From Trichosphaerium sp. ATCC 40318 (Eukaryota; Protista; Tubulinea), in NCBI GenBank assembly GCA_038496445.1, contig JALMLS010000329.1, forward strand, positions 246,866-310,865: 64,000 nt of DNA, read 5' to 3'. Shown piece after piece: positions 38,221 through 51,951 of this stretch. Every line of letters begins with the position of its first letter. Within the stretch, counting starts at the first letter, position 1. A program made the position numbers and the translations under genes. The notes beneath the pieces were generated by a model, which was not told the DNA's origin, made no database searches, and worked only from the letters and a program-made list of their open reading frames with translations.

Positions 38221-39754
38221 ATGCGCGCTTTAACGCAGTATAGGCGTTATTATAGGCATTCAACGCATACTGCTCATGTAACGCGTAAAACGAAACAAAA
38301 ACTGCCTCCTACGCTCAAATATGGTGTATTGAATGCCCTTCACCCTAATAGACGACTTTATCATACATCATTATTCCAACAACTCAAAGTTAACCACGAA
38401 ACAGCCGAAACGCTCTCTTTTTTTGAAATACAGAGCGTTTTGCGCAAAAAAGGATACAGCACACTTGGTACAAAACAAGTTTTACTCAAACGCTTGAAGA
38501 AGGCATTACAACGAGGAGAAGATCTAAGTGATGAACAACCACAACCAGAACCGTCAGAAAAAACGACAAAACCAGAACAAGCCTCAAACGACGAGAAACC
38601 AAGTTTCCCTATTATTCCTGGGCTACCGCCGAACCCTCTTCAAGGTACTACCAAGCGTTGTTGGACAAGTTATTGACAGTCGGTTACAGCATCTCCTCCA
38701 AAGTATATTGCAGATGCTATAACCGCCATTGACTACTGTACCAACGACCGGTTACACGACAGAATCACTAAGATTAAGGATGCAACTGGGATCAACATTG
38801 TCGTAGTGACACTGGATGACCTACCACCAACACATACTCATTCTGATAACCTTGGCACGCTCATTTTAAACAATTGGTATGTTCCTATACTCGTTTGAAC
38901 AAAATCAAGGAATTGACCTTCACCTAGGGGTATACTCACCGATAAAACACAAACAGGTGTTGTTATATTCATATCCAAGGCAGAGAGAAACATGTACATA
39001 CAAGTCGGGTACGTTGATCAGCCAACATTATCACTATAAACTAAAAGTTGTTTAAAAATGGTTAAAAAACTGTTTAATAACACGTGCTAATGCTTGCTGT
39101 GAAGGGATGGGTTGAAGCCTTTGATTACAACAGAGTGGATCACTTGGCTCGTAGATGAGAACTTGCGACCACTTCTTGATAAGGAGCAGTTCGGACGTGC
39201 GATTGAAACAGCGCTAACCCAGATACATCGGATACTTCAAAAGTACAAGAGTTTTGCAGAACTAGGTGTATACATGGATAAAACGTACGTATTGTAGAGC
39301 TAACACTATATCCATGTTATAACAAAACGCCTAGACAATTAGCCCAAGTTAGGAAGCAAGCAAGGAAACAAAAGGAATATCCACTTCGTTTCTTGTCGAG
39401 GTAAAGTCATACCACGTGTTTAAAGACATCAATTAACCACTTTCCCTAGGTTCAATATCATGGGACCCCTTATGCTTCTAATCACGGTAATGATTGTGGG
39501 CGTACACTGGTATTTTTTTGAGCCATCATCGCAATTGAGATGTCCAAACTGTAGAGAGTAAGCGATGCAAACACATTCATTTTTCTGACTCTTTCAATAG
39601 CCTCATGGGAGCAACCACCGATGCAGCCTTGCCACCACTTCCACCAAGAGTACTCAACGCCATTAAGGAAAATTCAGAGTACACACCATGGATATGTGCC
39701 CATTGCAAACGCGTATCAATTCAGTTCGATAATGGTTTGGTGGTAATTGCCTAA
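38221..39754 (+). CDS. SAP + TPM-domain membrane protein with Zn-ribbon-like C-terminus and possible mitochondrial presequence
   Basis: SAP: LSFFEIQSVLRKKGYSTLGTKQVLLKRL. TPM: INIVVVTL..LNNWG..GVVIFISKAERNMYIQVGDGLKPLIT. TM helix, then RCPNC..CAHC. Confidence 0.75.
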
Positions 39755-39932
39755 AGAACAGATTACAACATATTATGTACATTGTAAAATAGAAATAACA
39801 AAACTAAAACTTGTCAAAACCGTCAGTTGTTGCACTACTAATTATTTTAAATACTACATAGATCTAACAACCATTGGCTTGTTAAACTACATCAGAATAA
39901 AAACACAAAACAAAATGGAGGGGTAGGATGGA

Positions 39933-40708
39933 TTAGTTGCTATAAAGGTCTTTATTAATTTTGTACATGTTTCCGTATTGCATTGTTGGAGGTTTGTCTT
40001 TATCGACTTCGGTTATACATACAGCCATTGCTACGCACGTGTTAATGAAGAGTCGTAGGCAGACCTATAAGTGCACGCACTGATTTCGTCTATGGGCTTA
40101 TAGGTAACGACAATGGCGGATTTTTCCAAAAAGAAGTTAAACACAGCTACACCAGCACCAGGCAGATACTGCCCTTGGCACCGCACATCTTTTTTACGTT
40201 AGCTCAAATGTTTCTTTTAGTGCCCAGTGTGCGTACTTGAATACTCCCATTCAAATTGTAGAGAATTACGCGTCAATACCGCCTTGGCTTATTATTAGTG
40301 ACACAATATTGTAGAACACCAGTACCTTCATGACGTAGCCAAATTTTAGCTCTGAACCGCTTAAAGAGCTTCCAAAGCTCCATTTGAAATATCTTGTGAA
40401 TGTCACATGCCATAATTTAGCGTAATAGCGCACCTTGTGCCTGGTTCTGCATTGTCTAGAGCATTTTCCTCAACCTAAACTGAAATTTGCCACTGACATT
40501 GTACAATCGCTAATACCTTTACTATAGTGTTCGTAGTGCGAAGGTGCTCAAAGGAGAGCCCAAATTCCCTCCACTCAAGATTACGCTTCCAAGACCCCAG
40601 TAAATAAGACATGAACTGCTTTGCGTTCGGCCTGTACTAAAGCGCATGTGACGTTTGAAGCCTAACAATATTTGTTTCACGTACGCTAACAAAATCATCA
40701 GAAGCCAT
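39933..40708 (-). CDS. Hypothetical protein (~150 aa, 6 exons), probably conserved
   Basis: Clean spliced ORF MASDDFVSYRPNAKQFMSYLLGSWKRNLEWREFG..TMAVCITEVD..PTMQYGNMYKI; missed by the ORF track. Confidence 0.75.
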
Positions 40709-40851
40709 ATTAGGCGTTAGTGTAAGTAAAGGTTGTCAACTTGAAGCGTTTACACACGCAAAAAATAGCCCAGAAGGTTCGTCAACTTTGGTCTCGCAAG
40801 ATTATTTCTGTCGATATTCCTTTCCTCACAACTAGGTAGAACAAGTTCACG

Positions 40852-42101
40852 ATGAGCAAACAAAAGTCAGGGTGCGTATTTACTGCAAAACACAGCGTTA
40901 CACGGTCAACAAACTCATCAAGCCTCGCAGGAAAAAGGGTGGAAAAAGAGGCGGCGGAAGAAAGAAGCTGTACGTTTCTTAACTATTACGTCGATTCTGA
41001 CACTATTAGTACCGATCCTTTTTTGAAAAAGATTTGGTATGATGTACAAGCCCCAAACGCTTTCAGCAACCGTCATCTTGGCCTTACCGTTTGCCCAAAG
41101 CCATCTGGACAAAGTACTGCCGATCTTCCCACAATTGAAAAAAGCTTACAATTGTACAGGAAAATCCATCAACGACCTTCGTGGACGCGTCTTCGAGACA
41201 TCCCTTGGTGATTTGAATAACGATGAGGACCAAGCTTTCCGTATCATGCAATTCGTTATTGAGGACGCTAACATGCGCTCCAGTGGTGTCGGTTTGTGCC
41301 TCACCAACTATCACGGTATGCGCCTCACCAGCGACAAAGTCAAAGGTCTCGTAAGGAAAAAGCACACCAAAATACAGTGCATCACTGACGTACGCTAAAT
41401 TCTACGCGTTTGAGCGTTTTATGCCGATTTTATGTTACTTTCGTTTTCTGACACGCAAATACAGGTCAGGCTCATGGATGGTTACACAGTCCGTCTATTC
41501 TGCGTTGCTTACACCAAGAAACGACCAAACCAAAGAAAAAGACCAGTTTACTGTAAAACCGGCCAAGTCCGTTTGATCCGCGCTAAAATGGCCGAGATCA
41601 TCAAGCGTGAGTGCGACGGATGCACTCTTCCTCAACTTTTCGAAAAATTGTACGTAGATAGTCTACTTTTGGATTACATTCTTTTATTTACATTTATAAT
41701 ATAGTAAGCCTGAAATTATCGGTAAAGAGATTGAACGTGAAGCTTTCCGTATCTTCCCTATCCAAAACGTTTACATCTTCAAATGTAAAGTTATCAAAAA
41801 GCCAAAAATTGATAGTACGTCTTCTTTTTTATTTAGCGTTTATTTACTACTCTGGATGTCATAACTCTGTTCTTATACCTTTGCTTTAGTCGATAAATTG
41901 AAGACCTTGCACTCCCAACGTGTTGTCGCCCAAGCTACCAAGGGTGGTTCAAACCAATACGATGCCGGCGATTTTGAAGGCGAGGATGTTGGCGCCCCAA
42001 TTGAAGGTGGTATGCTCGAGGAAACTCTCCCTGAGACAACTGGCGAAGAAGTTGCTGACTGGAACGCCGCTGAAGAGTCCAATGACGGAGCCTGGGCTTA
42101 A
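40852..42101 (+). CDS. RPS3A: 40S ribosomal protein eS1 (S3a)
   Basis: DPFLKKIWYDVQAP, LRGRVFETSLGDL, CLTNYHGMRLTSDK, DGYTVRLFC, IFPIQNVYI. Confidence 0.97.
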
Positions 42102-42216
42102 AAAAGAAAACAACCAAAATAAATACTGACTTTTATAACAAACACTCATTACTTGATACGATTCTCGTTTTATTTTTATTTTGTGTAGCGCTATTTTCAG
42201 ACAGTATATTCAGTGT

Positions 42217-42933
42217 TTATTCCGTTTTTCCAATAAATTCTTCAACTTGCTTCTTTATCTCGCCCAAAGCGCTTTCCTGGCCTCTCAGGAATACGCGTAT
42301 TAAAGGAATACGCATGCCATCGTAGTGATATACAACTATCCTAGTGTAGGCGTTATAATGTTATGTGCAATTTGAAACTTTCAACAAATAAAGGTAATCA
42401 AGTTGCACCTGCTCAGCTTTTTATCGTGGTCAGGCGATTGCTCAAATTCCACTCCCTGTTTTACAGTCTTAGACAAAAATGGGTGGTATCAGGGACGTAC
42501 CAGAACGTCTTGTAAGCGCACAACGTATTTGTTTGTGTTGAACCAGCCAGTCCGTGTCATTGTAATTTTATTTTGTACCTTGTCTATTACACATAGCTCA
42601 GATACACGTTGACTCAACAACCCGCAAACTATTCAACATATGAGGCCCGTGCGTCTATTCGTTTACGTGCGTATAATTACGGTTGAAAATATCATGATTT
42701 GCCATATAAATCCATAATAAAACGCTCCTAAGCCAACTGCGAAGCATAGCGATGTCACAGTACTAGTGCCGTGTTACAAAAGTATGATTGTAAAACAAAT
42801 GTCAATTGTTGGACTATTCTACGCTGCCACTCGTTCACTACTGGCCAACGCATAATAACTGCAGTTCTTACCGTTCCTTCCACTTAACAGTCGCTAAAGT
42901 GAGTTGGTTTGTTGTTTTACTTGCTATGTACAT
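42217..42933 (-). CDS. EROS/CYBC1-like NADPH-oxidase chaperone
   Basis: Spliced ORF MYIASKTTNQLTL..GLGAFYYG..LCVIDKVQNKITM..VVRLQDVLGVEFE..DGMRIPLIRVFLRGQESALGEIKKQVEEFI, colinear with recalled motifs of human CYBC1. Confidence 0.65.
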
Positions 42934-43039
42934 GTTGGCAACTGAGAGCGCAGTAAACACGCGCGTACAACCAGACACAGGGTCAAACAAGTTCCGGTAG
43001 GCAGAAAAGTGACGAATTATTATTAACCGAGTCACAACC

Positions 43040-44249
<1,210 letters not shown>

Positions 44250-44412
44250 ATGCTATGCTCGCGAATGTGTAATTGTGAATAAAGATCAATGTGAAAAAAA
44301 CACATTTTGTATTCAGTAAATCTGTACTGGTTACAAGGCTATTTTTAACGGAAACGAGGCGTAACAAAAAAAGCGGTAAACAAGGTGCAGTATTGATTAG
44401 ATCACGTGTATT

Positions 44413-47400
44413 TTAATAAGTTGCAAGTTGTTTTACAGAGGCGAACATGCGTTGTATACGCTCATCTCCATTCTCAAACAAGAGATTGAGGCTGTCCAAC
44501 GAATCCTTGAGCTCTAAGCAGTACTGCAAACCATTTAGCCACGTGTACAGGGTTAATAATTACGCGTACCTCGCGGCCAATCGATCTAAAGTGTCCAGCT
44601 GTCATAATATACCATGTGCTCGAAACGTCACCGCCAGATTTTAAAAACAAGTTGAGCACCATAGAAAATTGCTTTCACAAAAGTGTTAGCCATCACGAAG
44701 GCTGCGTATAAACGTACCTGGAATACAACCAAAAAGACTTCTTTCTTTTCTTTCTTGGCATCGTCCTTTTTAACAGCGTCAACAAAAGCTTTCGGGAAGA
44801 CGTTGCAGTGTACGTACCAACGACGATTGAAGTACAGCACGTTTATCGACCTGATCGTCATCGTCATCATCAGTTTGCATGCGATCTGAGCCTTCAAGCT
44901 CCGTGCATTTCAGTGTTAAAGTCTGTACCTTGCGTATGGAGCGTGATAGTACATTATCCAATACGCGCCAAATGAAGAATCTACATAATTGTCATCATTT
45001 GTACAGTATTGTCTATTAAAAGGTACCTGTTGCATAAATCCTTGTTCCCTTCATCGAACATCCAGTTAACGACAATAGTAGATGGTAGTAATCCATGATG
45101 TATGAGTCTATCTACGACGAGCTCAAAGTGCTGTGGTGATTTGTTCCAGAAGGCCCAGGCACATGAGACGAGCAATGTGCTATTAAATTTGGCGACGTCT
45201 TTGGCTAGTTCTTGATACCGAGCCAGAGCATTGTCGAGGTGGGATATGCTCTTTGACCCAATCGAAAGGAGACAGGATACCACTATGCTGTGCTGGTTCG
45301 TTGGGTCCAAGGCTTTGAAAGATTCAGTTTCAAAGAGACCAGCTTTAATCTCTGCAACGTCTAGTTTTTGCGAGAATGCCTTTAATACTTCCTTTGCGAG
45401 AGCATTGTGTTCGTGATCCTCTAACACCGGTTTAAGCTGCGGCAATGGTTGGCAAATGGTCGTACCACTTTCGTAGGCGAACGATTTCTCGGGCTTTACA
45501 GGCATTGCCTTTACAAAGTCTTGAGGAATAGCTTTGATGACACGCTCATAATATGACAGTCTCACGCATCGCTCCAACACTTCCCGAACAAAAGTAAATT
45601 TAATGGAATCCTCTTTTTCCAAAGCGTCTGCCCTAATAAACGCATTAATAGCTTGAAAACAAATTGATGTCGACATTTTTATAAATAACGACAAGTCGTT
45701 CCCGTACCATTGTTCCCATTGCCACTTGTAGTCAAAATTGCAGAGATGGAACGCGAACCAAGTTATCAATCGTGATATCTCAACAACATCAAGCTCTTCA
45801 ATGCGGTCATAGAATGTTATGAGTGCCTCTCCTAGCTGAAATGACAGTTAGTACAAAAGGGTGAGCGTACAAAATGTGACACAAATGAGTCAAAGTGGTG
45901 AGTTAAGCGTACAGCAGGTGGGATGGTCTTGAGGCGCGTTTTGCAGAGCTCCACCAGGAAGCTGGAATAAAATACTTGAGGGATAGGCGTCTTAGGCAGT
46001 CTGAAGAGTTGTGAAAATACGACTTCAACACACAGGTGGTCTAGAGGCACGTCTGAAGGCAAGTGAGAGAATCCAAAGAAAAGGGAAGTTAGCTGTGCTC
46101 TACGAGGACTAAAGAATGGCATGAGGTCGACTGCTATATCGTGGAATACAATCTGATCAATCACTGTGAATGCAGAAGGCATGTGCTCTTTTTTAAACAA
46201 GGCAATGCGTGCAGGGATGACCACGCTGCCGAATGAAACTGGTTTCTGTTGCCAATCACCGCCTTCGATGAAAGACATTGCGATTCGGTGCTTTTGGCTA
46301 TCCTCAAATTGTGATTTAAAGTGTGCCAAATGAGGCACTGGAATACAACTTAGACTTGGCCATCCAGCTTCTCTTTGTTTGAGTATGCCTCTGAAGTACT
46401 AGAAAAATACAAAATGAGCAAAACATGCGTATTGTGGGATATCCTTTTCAAATTTGAAAAAAATCATGACATGTGTCATTACCCAATTGTAATATGTTTC
46501 TCCTTGTGCAATGAACGCATCAGCCAGCGCCTCTAGTGTTTTATCTCGTTGTGCAACTAAAACTTTGAGTTGTTCTACTGCCTTTTGTAGCTCTTCTGGG
46601 TGCTCTTCTGCAAGTGCTGTGCCGACGTGAGGCAGTGTTGATAGCACCACTTGCAAAAAAAAATCAGTAAACGATCTTGGCACGTTCCTACATTTGGTGT
46701 TAGTTCACATTGCTGCCCATGCAACACGTCAATAAAAAAAATAGGCGGTGATGGCATCGAATATTGCGACATACTCTTTGACAGATGCACAGTTGAGGAA
46801 TACGTTTAGGACATCAAGGAATGAACGGCCCTCGAGGACACCAGAGTTGTATAATTCGCCGAGGAACCGCACCAAAAATTTAATGTTACTCAGTTCTTTT
46901 AATTTCAAGGCTGTCTGTAATAATGTGAGCCGTACAAAACCGACAAATAATAAAAAAAATTCAAAAAAAAACATATTGATGTTGCTTGCCTCCAGTTCTG
47001 TGCCAATTCTTTCCACCAATTCAGCTCCAACATCACTCGAACTCAAATTTAACAATCCGCAAAGTGCCCCATATACGCCCAATTTGTGTGGCAAGTTGAG
47101 GATACTGTTGAATCTTTAATTTCACTGATTTACAACAAAAACAACAAACCGCTTCGAAAAATAGCGTTTGACGCGTACCATTTGATGAGTGTGTCGTATA
47201 TATTGTTTTTATGCTTGGCTAAGTCATCTTTCAAAGCACCAGCCAAACCAGTAAGGTTATTTTCCAAACTAGACGAGCTTTTGGATGGGTCCCCGATGCG
47301 TACGATGAGTTTCGTCAAGCTTATCTCCACATCAACGTTCGCTGGCCTAGTCTGGCGGCGTGGGTCTCTTGACGCGTTGTAGCGAGAGCCTGTACAAAAT

Positions 47401-47536
47401 TACAAAAAAAAAAAGACAAGAAAATACCAGAGTCGCCGTAAGATCGTCTGCGGCCTTCTCGCCTATAGCGGTCGTCTCTGCGATCATCCCTACGGTCATA
47501 GCCGCGATCATAACTTCTGTCGTAGTTGCGAGACAT
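44413..47536 (-). CDS. NCBP1: Nuclear cap-binding protein subunit 1 (CBP80)
   Basis: LIVRIGD..SLENNL, LPHKLGVYG, WFAFHLCNFDYKWQW, CVRLSYYERV, IGSKSISH. Confidence 0.93.
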
Positions 47537-47744
47537 GCCAAAAACCAACAGAATGTTTGCTTCAAAAAATCCCACAAATGACGCCAGCTGACTTTCAATG
47601 ATACGCAAGGCGTCGTTGGCGTACACGTTCAATTACACTGAATTCAGTGGGCTCACTGCGTGTCGCTAGAATTAACGTTCGCTATTTTGTTGTTACTTTG
47701 TACATGCGCGTTTGGTAACGCCTGAGCACCAAAACGACGCTCAA

Positions 47745-48716
47745 ATGACAACTGCAGCAGCATTGGCGCTTGGTATTTGGGATCACGTCGGTAATCCGTT
47801 CAACATTAACATCTAGTTGGCTAAAACGCATTTAAAAGGTGGAAGACGGTATCTATTTGAAACGGTTAAGACGTTTGTTCTTGGCAAAGTTGTCAAGACG
47901 CTGCAATACCCAAACGGCGATTTACGCACAGTCACCATACGCTTCAACACAATCAATGCAGTAAAGAAGGCTGTACGTTTTGTTGTGCTGCTCTGAGAGC
48001 TCATGAACCACAGCGTACTAATACTGGTCATGTGAATGTAGGTAGTAAACGCAGAGCCACCTTTGTATCCGGGTACACCTATTTCTTGGCTCCTTTTACC
48101 GTGTAGTTCTAACTATGTTTATAAAGGCGTTCATTTAGAACCTGATGATGTGAAAGGTCTGGCGCTGTTCGTCCCTCCTCATTTTACAGAAGAGCTAAGA
48201 AATTCGTATGACATACGTATGTTAACTGCCAACTCCTGGGTACGCTCCACTCGTTATGTTATAACACCAACAATTGCTTTTTAAGGTGTACTGGACACAA
48301 GTGAATGAAATGATTCCAACTAAAGGGATGGATCTTGAGAATCAAGACAGACCAAACAGTACGGTTTTTTTGTCGCACATGCAATTGCATCAACAAAAAA
48401 CAAGGTCGGACTAACAGCAAGGCTAGTCAAGGAGTACATTGTAGACAAGGGTGTTAAAGCTATATTGTTTTTTAAGGCAACGCCACGTGAAGAGTTGGCA
48501 ATGAGCGATGACACGCACGCATTTGTTTAGTTTGCGTTTTTGGTGGTTGACAGGGCACTTAGGGCTGACAGATTGATCGATTTGTTCATCGAACAAGATG
48601 CAAGAGTACTCGAAATTTATAACAACTATCACCTTAGCCTGCAACGATTGCATTTTGAACTAAACCGCTATTTGGATACTATCAAAGCACGAGAGGAAGA
48701 TGAAGAAACACCATAA
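47745..48716 (+). CDS. Hypothetical protein (multi-exon)
   Basis: Consistent GT-AG spliced ORF from MTTAAALALGIWDHV to IKAREEDEETP*; no family recognised. Confidence 0.55.
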
Positions 48717-48942
48717 ACTCCCGAGTGCACTGGTGTTGTTATAAAAACAAGTCGAACCAAAGCGCTTTAATTGTATCATTTCGAAATCTGCAAAATATAA
48801 GTGACACCTTCAAATCATCGTCATTGGTGGTAGTAACACCCGGATTAATTGTTATAACAAGACTATAAAATGGTGGTATAGCGCTTTTAATATACAGTTT
48901 GCGGATTACCAAGTAAATAAGAGGAGTGCTAATAATAAGCTG

Positions 48943-51620
48943 CTACTCCCAAATAGTGACTGTTTTATCTAAACTTGCCACCCAAAGCTTACTACCTGTC
49001 CAGCACATGCACAAAATCTCTCGCTTGTGTGCTTGAGGGAACTTTTCTACCTCTTCCAGAGTCTACCATGTATTGTTATACAACAAAAATAAATCGCTAG
49101 CTTTTCTTTTTTGAGCGTACCCCAGCATCGTAACTCGATATAATCGCATCAAAGCCACCAAGAAGTATCTGTACAGAATTGATTGCTTGAAGGCAGTTCG
49201 TGTTTATGCCCTTGTACTCACGCAAACATTGTCGTGTCTGATGGACTTGGTTAACTAATGGCTCATAGTCTTGTAGGGGGCGGGTAGTACCTTGATAGAC
49301 CATACGCGAACGCTGTTATCTTTGGAACTCGTCCAAAGATTGTGCTTGGCATACGTCATGTTTAGTATTTGTTCTCTGTGGCCTCGCAACAACTCGACAT
49401 ATTGCCAATTCCGATCGTATATAAAGATGACATTTTTTATAACGACATAAAACAATCCCTTAATGTACCGCAAAGCACGAATAAACTTTTCATGCTCTCT
49501 CATTTGTGCAGCGTACTAAAAAGTGCGTTAGTGATATCATGTGTTTTATCAAACTAATACGTACAGCCGACACATCGAGTTTCACTGTTACTTCTTCAAA
49601 CGTCTAAATAAAGCATGAGAACAACGATACAGTTTAATCTATATCAAAGTACCAAAATGTTCCACTGGTACAGTGTCACGTTTTCGCTGCCAGCGTACAC
49701 GTGCTCGCTATGGTGAAAACAACAAAATAGTGTCTGTTTCGGTTGCAGCTTGTGGACAACTAGAAAATGGTTAGTGACAAACTGCTTTCCCTCAAATGCT
49801 GTGGAATGCATAATACAATTTAGTCAGCCATTTTTAAGCTCAACCTGTATGCGCACTTGCCTTTTATTCGTTTTTTGTTATATATGGTGTCACTCTTCTT
49901 TTTGCTTTGTCCGTGCCAACGCAACACTGAAATGCCCTAAGTGGTACGTGTGAGCACGCAAAAAAAGTGTTGTGTTTTCAGCAGCGTTTGTTTTTATTGT
50001 ATTTTTAAAAAAGATGCAAGGACCGCTCTATCCAATGCATGGTGCAGAGCTGCAACTCAACGACGAACCATTGTATTTGTTACTGCCCAGACCAAATCCT
50101 CAATGACAACTATATCGATAATGGCCTCTTGTAGCATTTTCTCAGCGTACGCCAAATGTTTTTCAGTCTACATATTAATGTAAGAAAGGGCTCAAGTCAT
50201 GCATGGCCTCATATTGGCGTACCTGTCTATCGAATACGAGTATTGAACCATCCGAACCACCTCCCCATATCTGTTGCTCACCCAATACCGCCATGCAATA
50301 TAGTTTAACAGCTGGACTGATTTCCTTTGTCAGTTGTTTCTTTCCTATGCGTAACAGACTTAGGACATTTGGGTTTAAAGGTATTGTGTACCCTTGCAAG
50401 GAAGTGCTACGCCTGATTGTGTAGTTTTTTTGTTGTCTGCATCTCCCATAATCTTTTTCTACAGAGTTGTGTGAGAAATATTTGGTTGTGTGTGCCTTGT
50501 ATAAGTGGCTATTCTACCTTTAGTTCTTTAGCTAAACCTTGTCCGTTTGCACCGCAATCTATCAACAATTTCGCAATGTCATTGCCTAACATTTGTTATA
50601 TCACGCGTAGCGTTGGTTGGTGTATAGAGTACCACCAGTCCTGAGGGCAATGGCCAAAGGCGATCGCTTGTCGCAATCCGGCCTGTCTAAATCTGTATTC
50701 TCGTGCTCTGTCAACACACGTACTGTTTCTATGTGTCCCAACTGTGTAGCAATATATAGCGGCGATCTGAGCGTACAATCAGGTAAAAAACAATTTCACA
50801 ATAAAATCATTGATTTTTATGACGCCAAGTGGCGTAGCTCACCGCTTTGAAGCATCCTGCGCGTTAACATCTGCACCCTTATCCATCAAAACCTTAACGA
50901 GTTGCGCATTGCCTCTCATTGCAGCGACATACATGGGCGTTCTTTGTTGATTGTCTCGTAAGTCTAAAAACGCACGTAAATTAATCAATTCTTTGCAGTA
51001 CTGGCTTGTGAAGAGAAGAGATCGTGTGTTTTAACAGTTGATGCCTTTGCGTCATTCTACAAATTGCGACGGAACGCGTACCACACTTTGCGTTGTTGTC
51101 CAGCAAGAGCGTCGCTATCTCCGTGTGACCATTCCACGCTGCTGCGAATAAAGGGCTCCACTCATTTTTTGCTTCCTTATTATTTAACTTTGGTCGCTCG
51201 TCTAGTAATCTCCTTACGCAAGCTAGTGACGATTTAGAGCGTGCTAGTAAGCAACAAGGCTAAATAAAAAAACGGCGTACCAATGTGGCCGTTCAGACTT
51301 GCAATAAACAGAGCTGTCCAGTTATCCTTGTCACCAGCCTCAATATCAGCAGAACGATCGATTAGCATCTCCAATATTTCGACGTTGCCATTTTGCGCTG
51401 CCCAGTACAATGGAGTCCTAACAGACCGGCATTACAACGATATATTGCACAAAGTTGTCATGTACCTGCCCAAACTGTCTTTCTTTGCTAATTGATGTAC
51501 AAACTGGCCAGAGTCTGTACTAAGAAGTTGTTCTAGGCGTTCTCGGTCATTCATCACCAACGCTTCGAAAATAGAAACGTTGGCACTTGGCGTATCATTG
51601 CTATTGCTGTCAACCTCCAT
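48943..51620 (-). CDS. Ankyrin-repeat + WD40-like beta-propeller protein
   Basis: About 5 ANK repeats (TPLYWAAQNG, TALFIASLNG, SPLFAAAWNG, TPMYVAAMRG) and WD-like ends (LWTSSKDNSVRVW, LWVASLDKTVTIWE). Confidence 0.85.
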
Positions 51621-51951
51621 TGTTTTGAACACTCCGTTGTGCTCTACGAGAAACAACCAGTGTGACCAATAAAGACCACTTGCTCAAGCCAGAGCAACAC
51701 TCTGCTGTTAGTAAACTACACTCTCAAGCATACTACACATTACATACATACAAGCGCGTACGTTGATTTGTAACATTTTGCGACCTTAAGTGTCACAACT
51801 ATAACTAAATAGTGACATAATGTCACCACGGCATGCGAAAATACTTGTGAACTATGCAGTTTTATTTACAGCCAGCGTAAAAAAAGATCAAGGCTTTTTT
51901 AGAAATTAAGTTATTAATTCACTCCCACATAGCCACTTTATCGCAGTAACG

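Noticed and set aside
40052-40111. Hammerhead ribozyme or H/ACA RNA
   Set aside because: No CUGAUGA core, and the region overlaps a coding exon of the 39933-40708 gene.
27244-42933. Functional antibacterial gene cluster (ClC, PG hydrolase, EROS-like)
   Set aside because: The genes are interspersed with unrelated housekeeping genes and show no sign of co-regulation.
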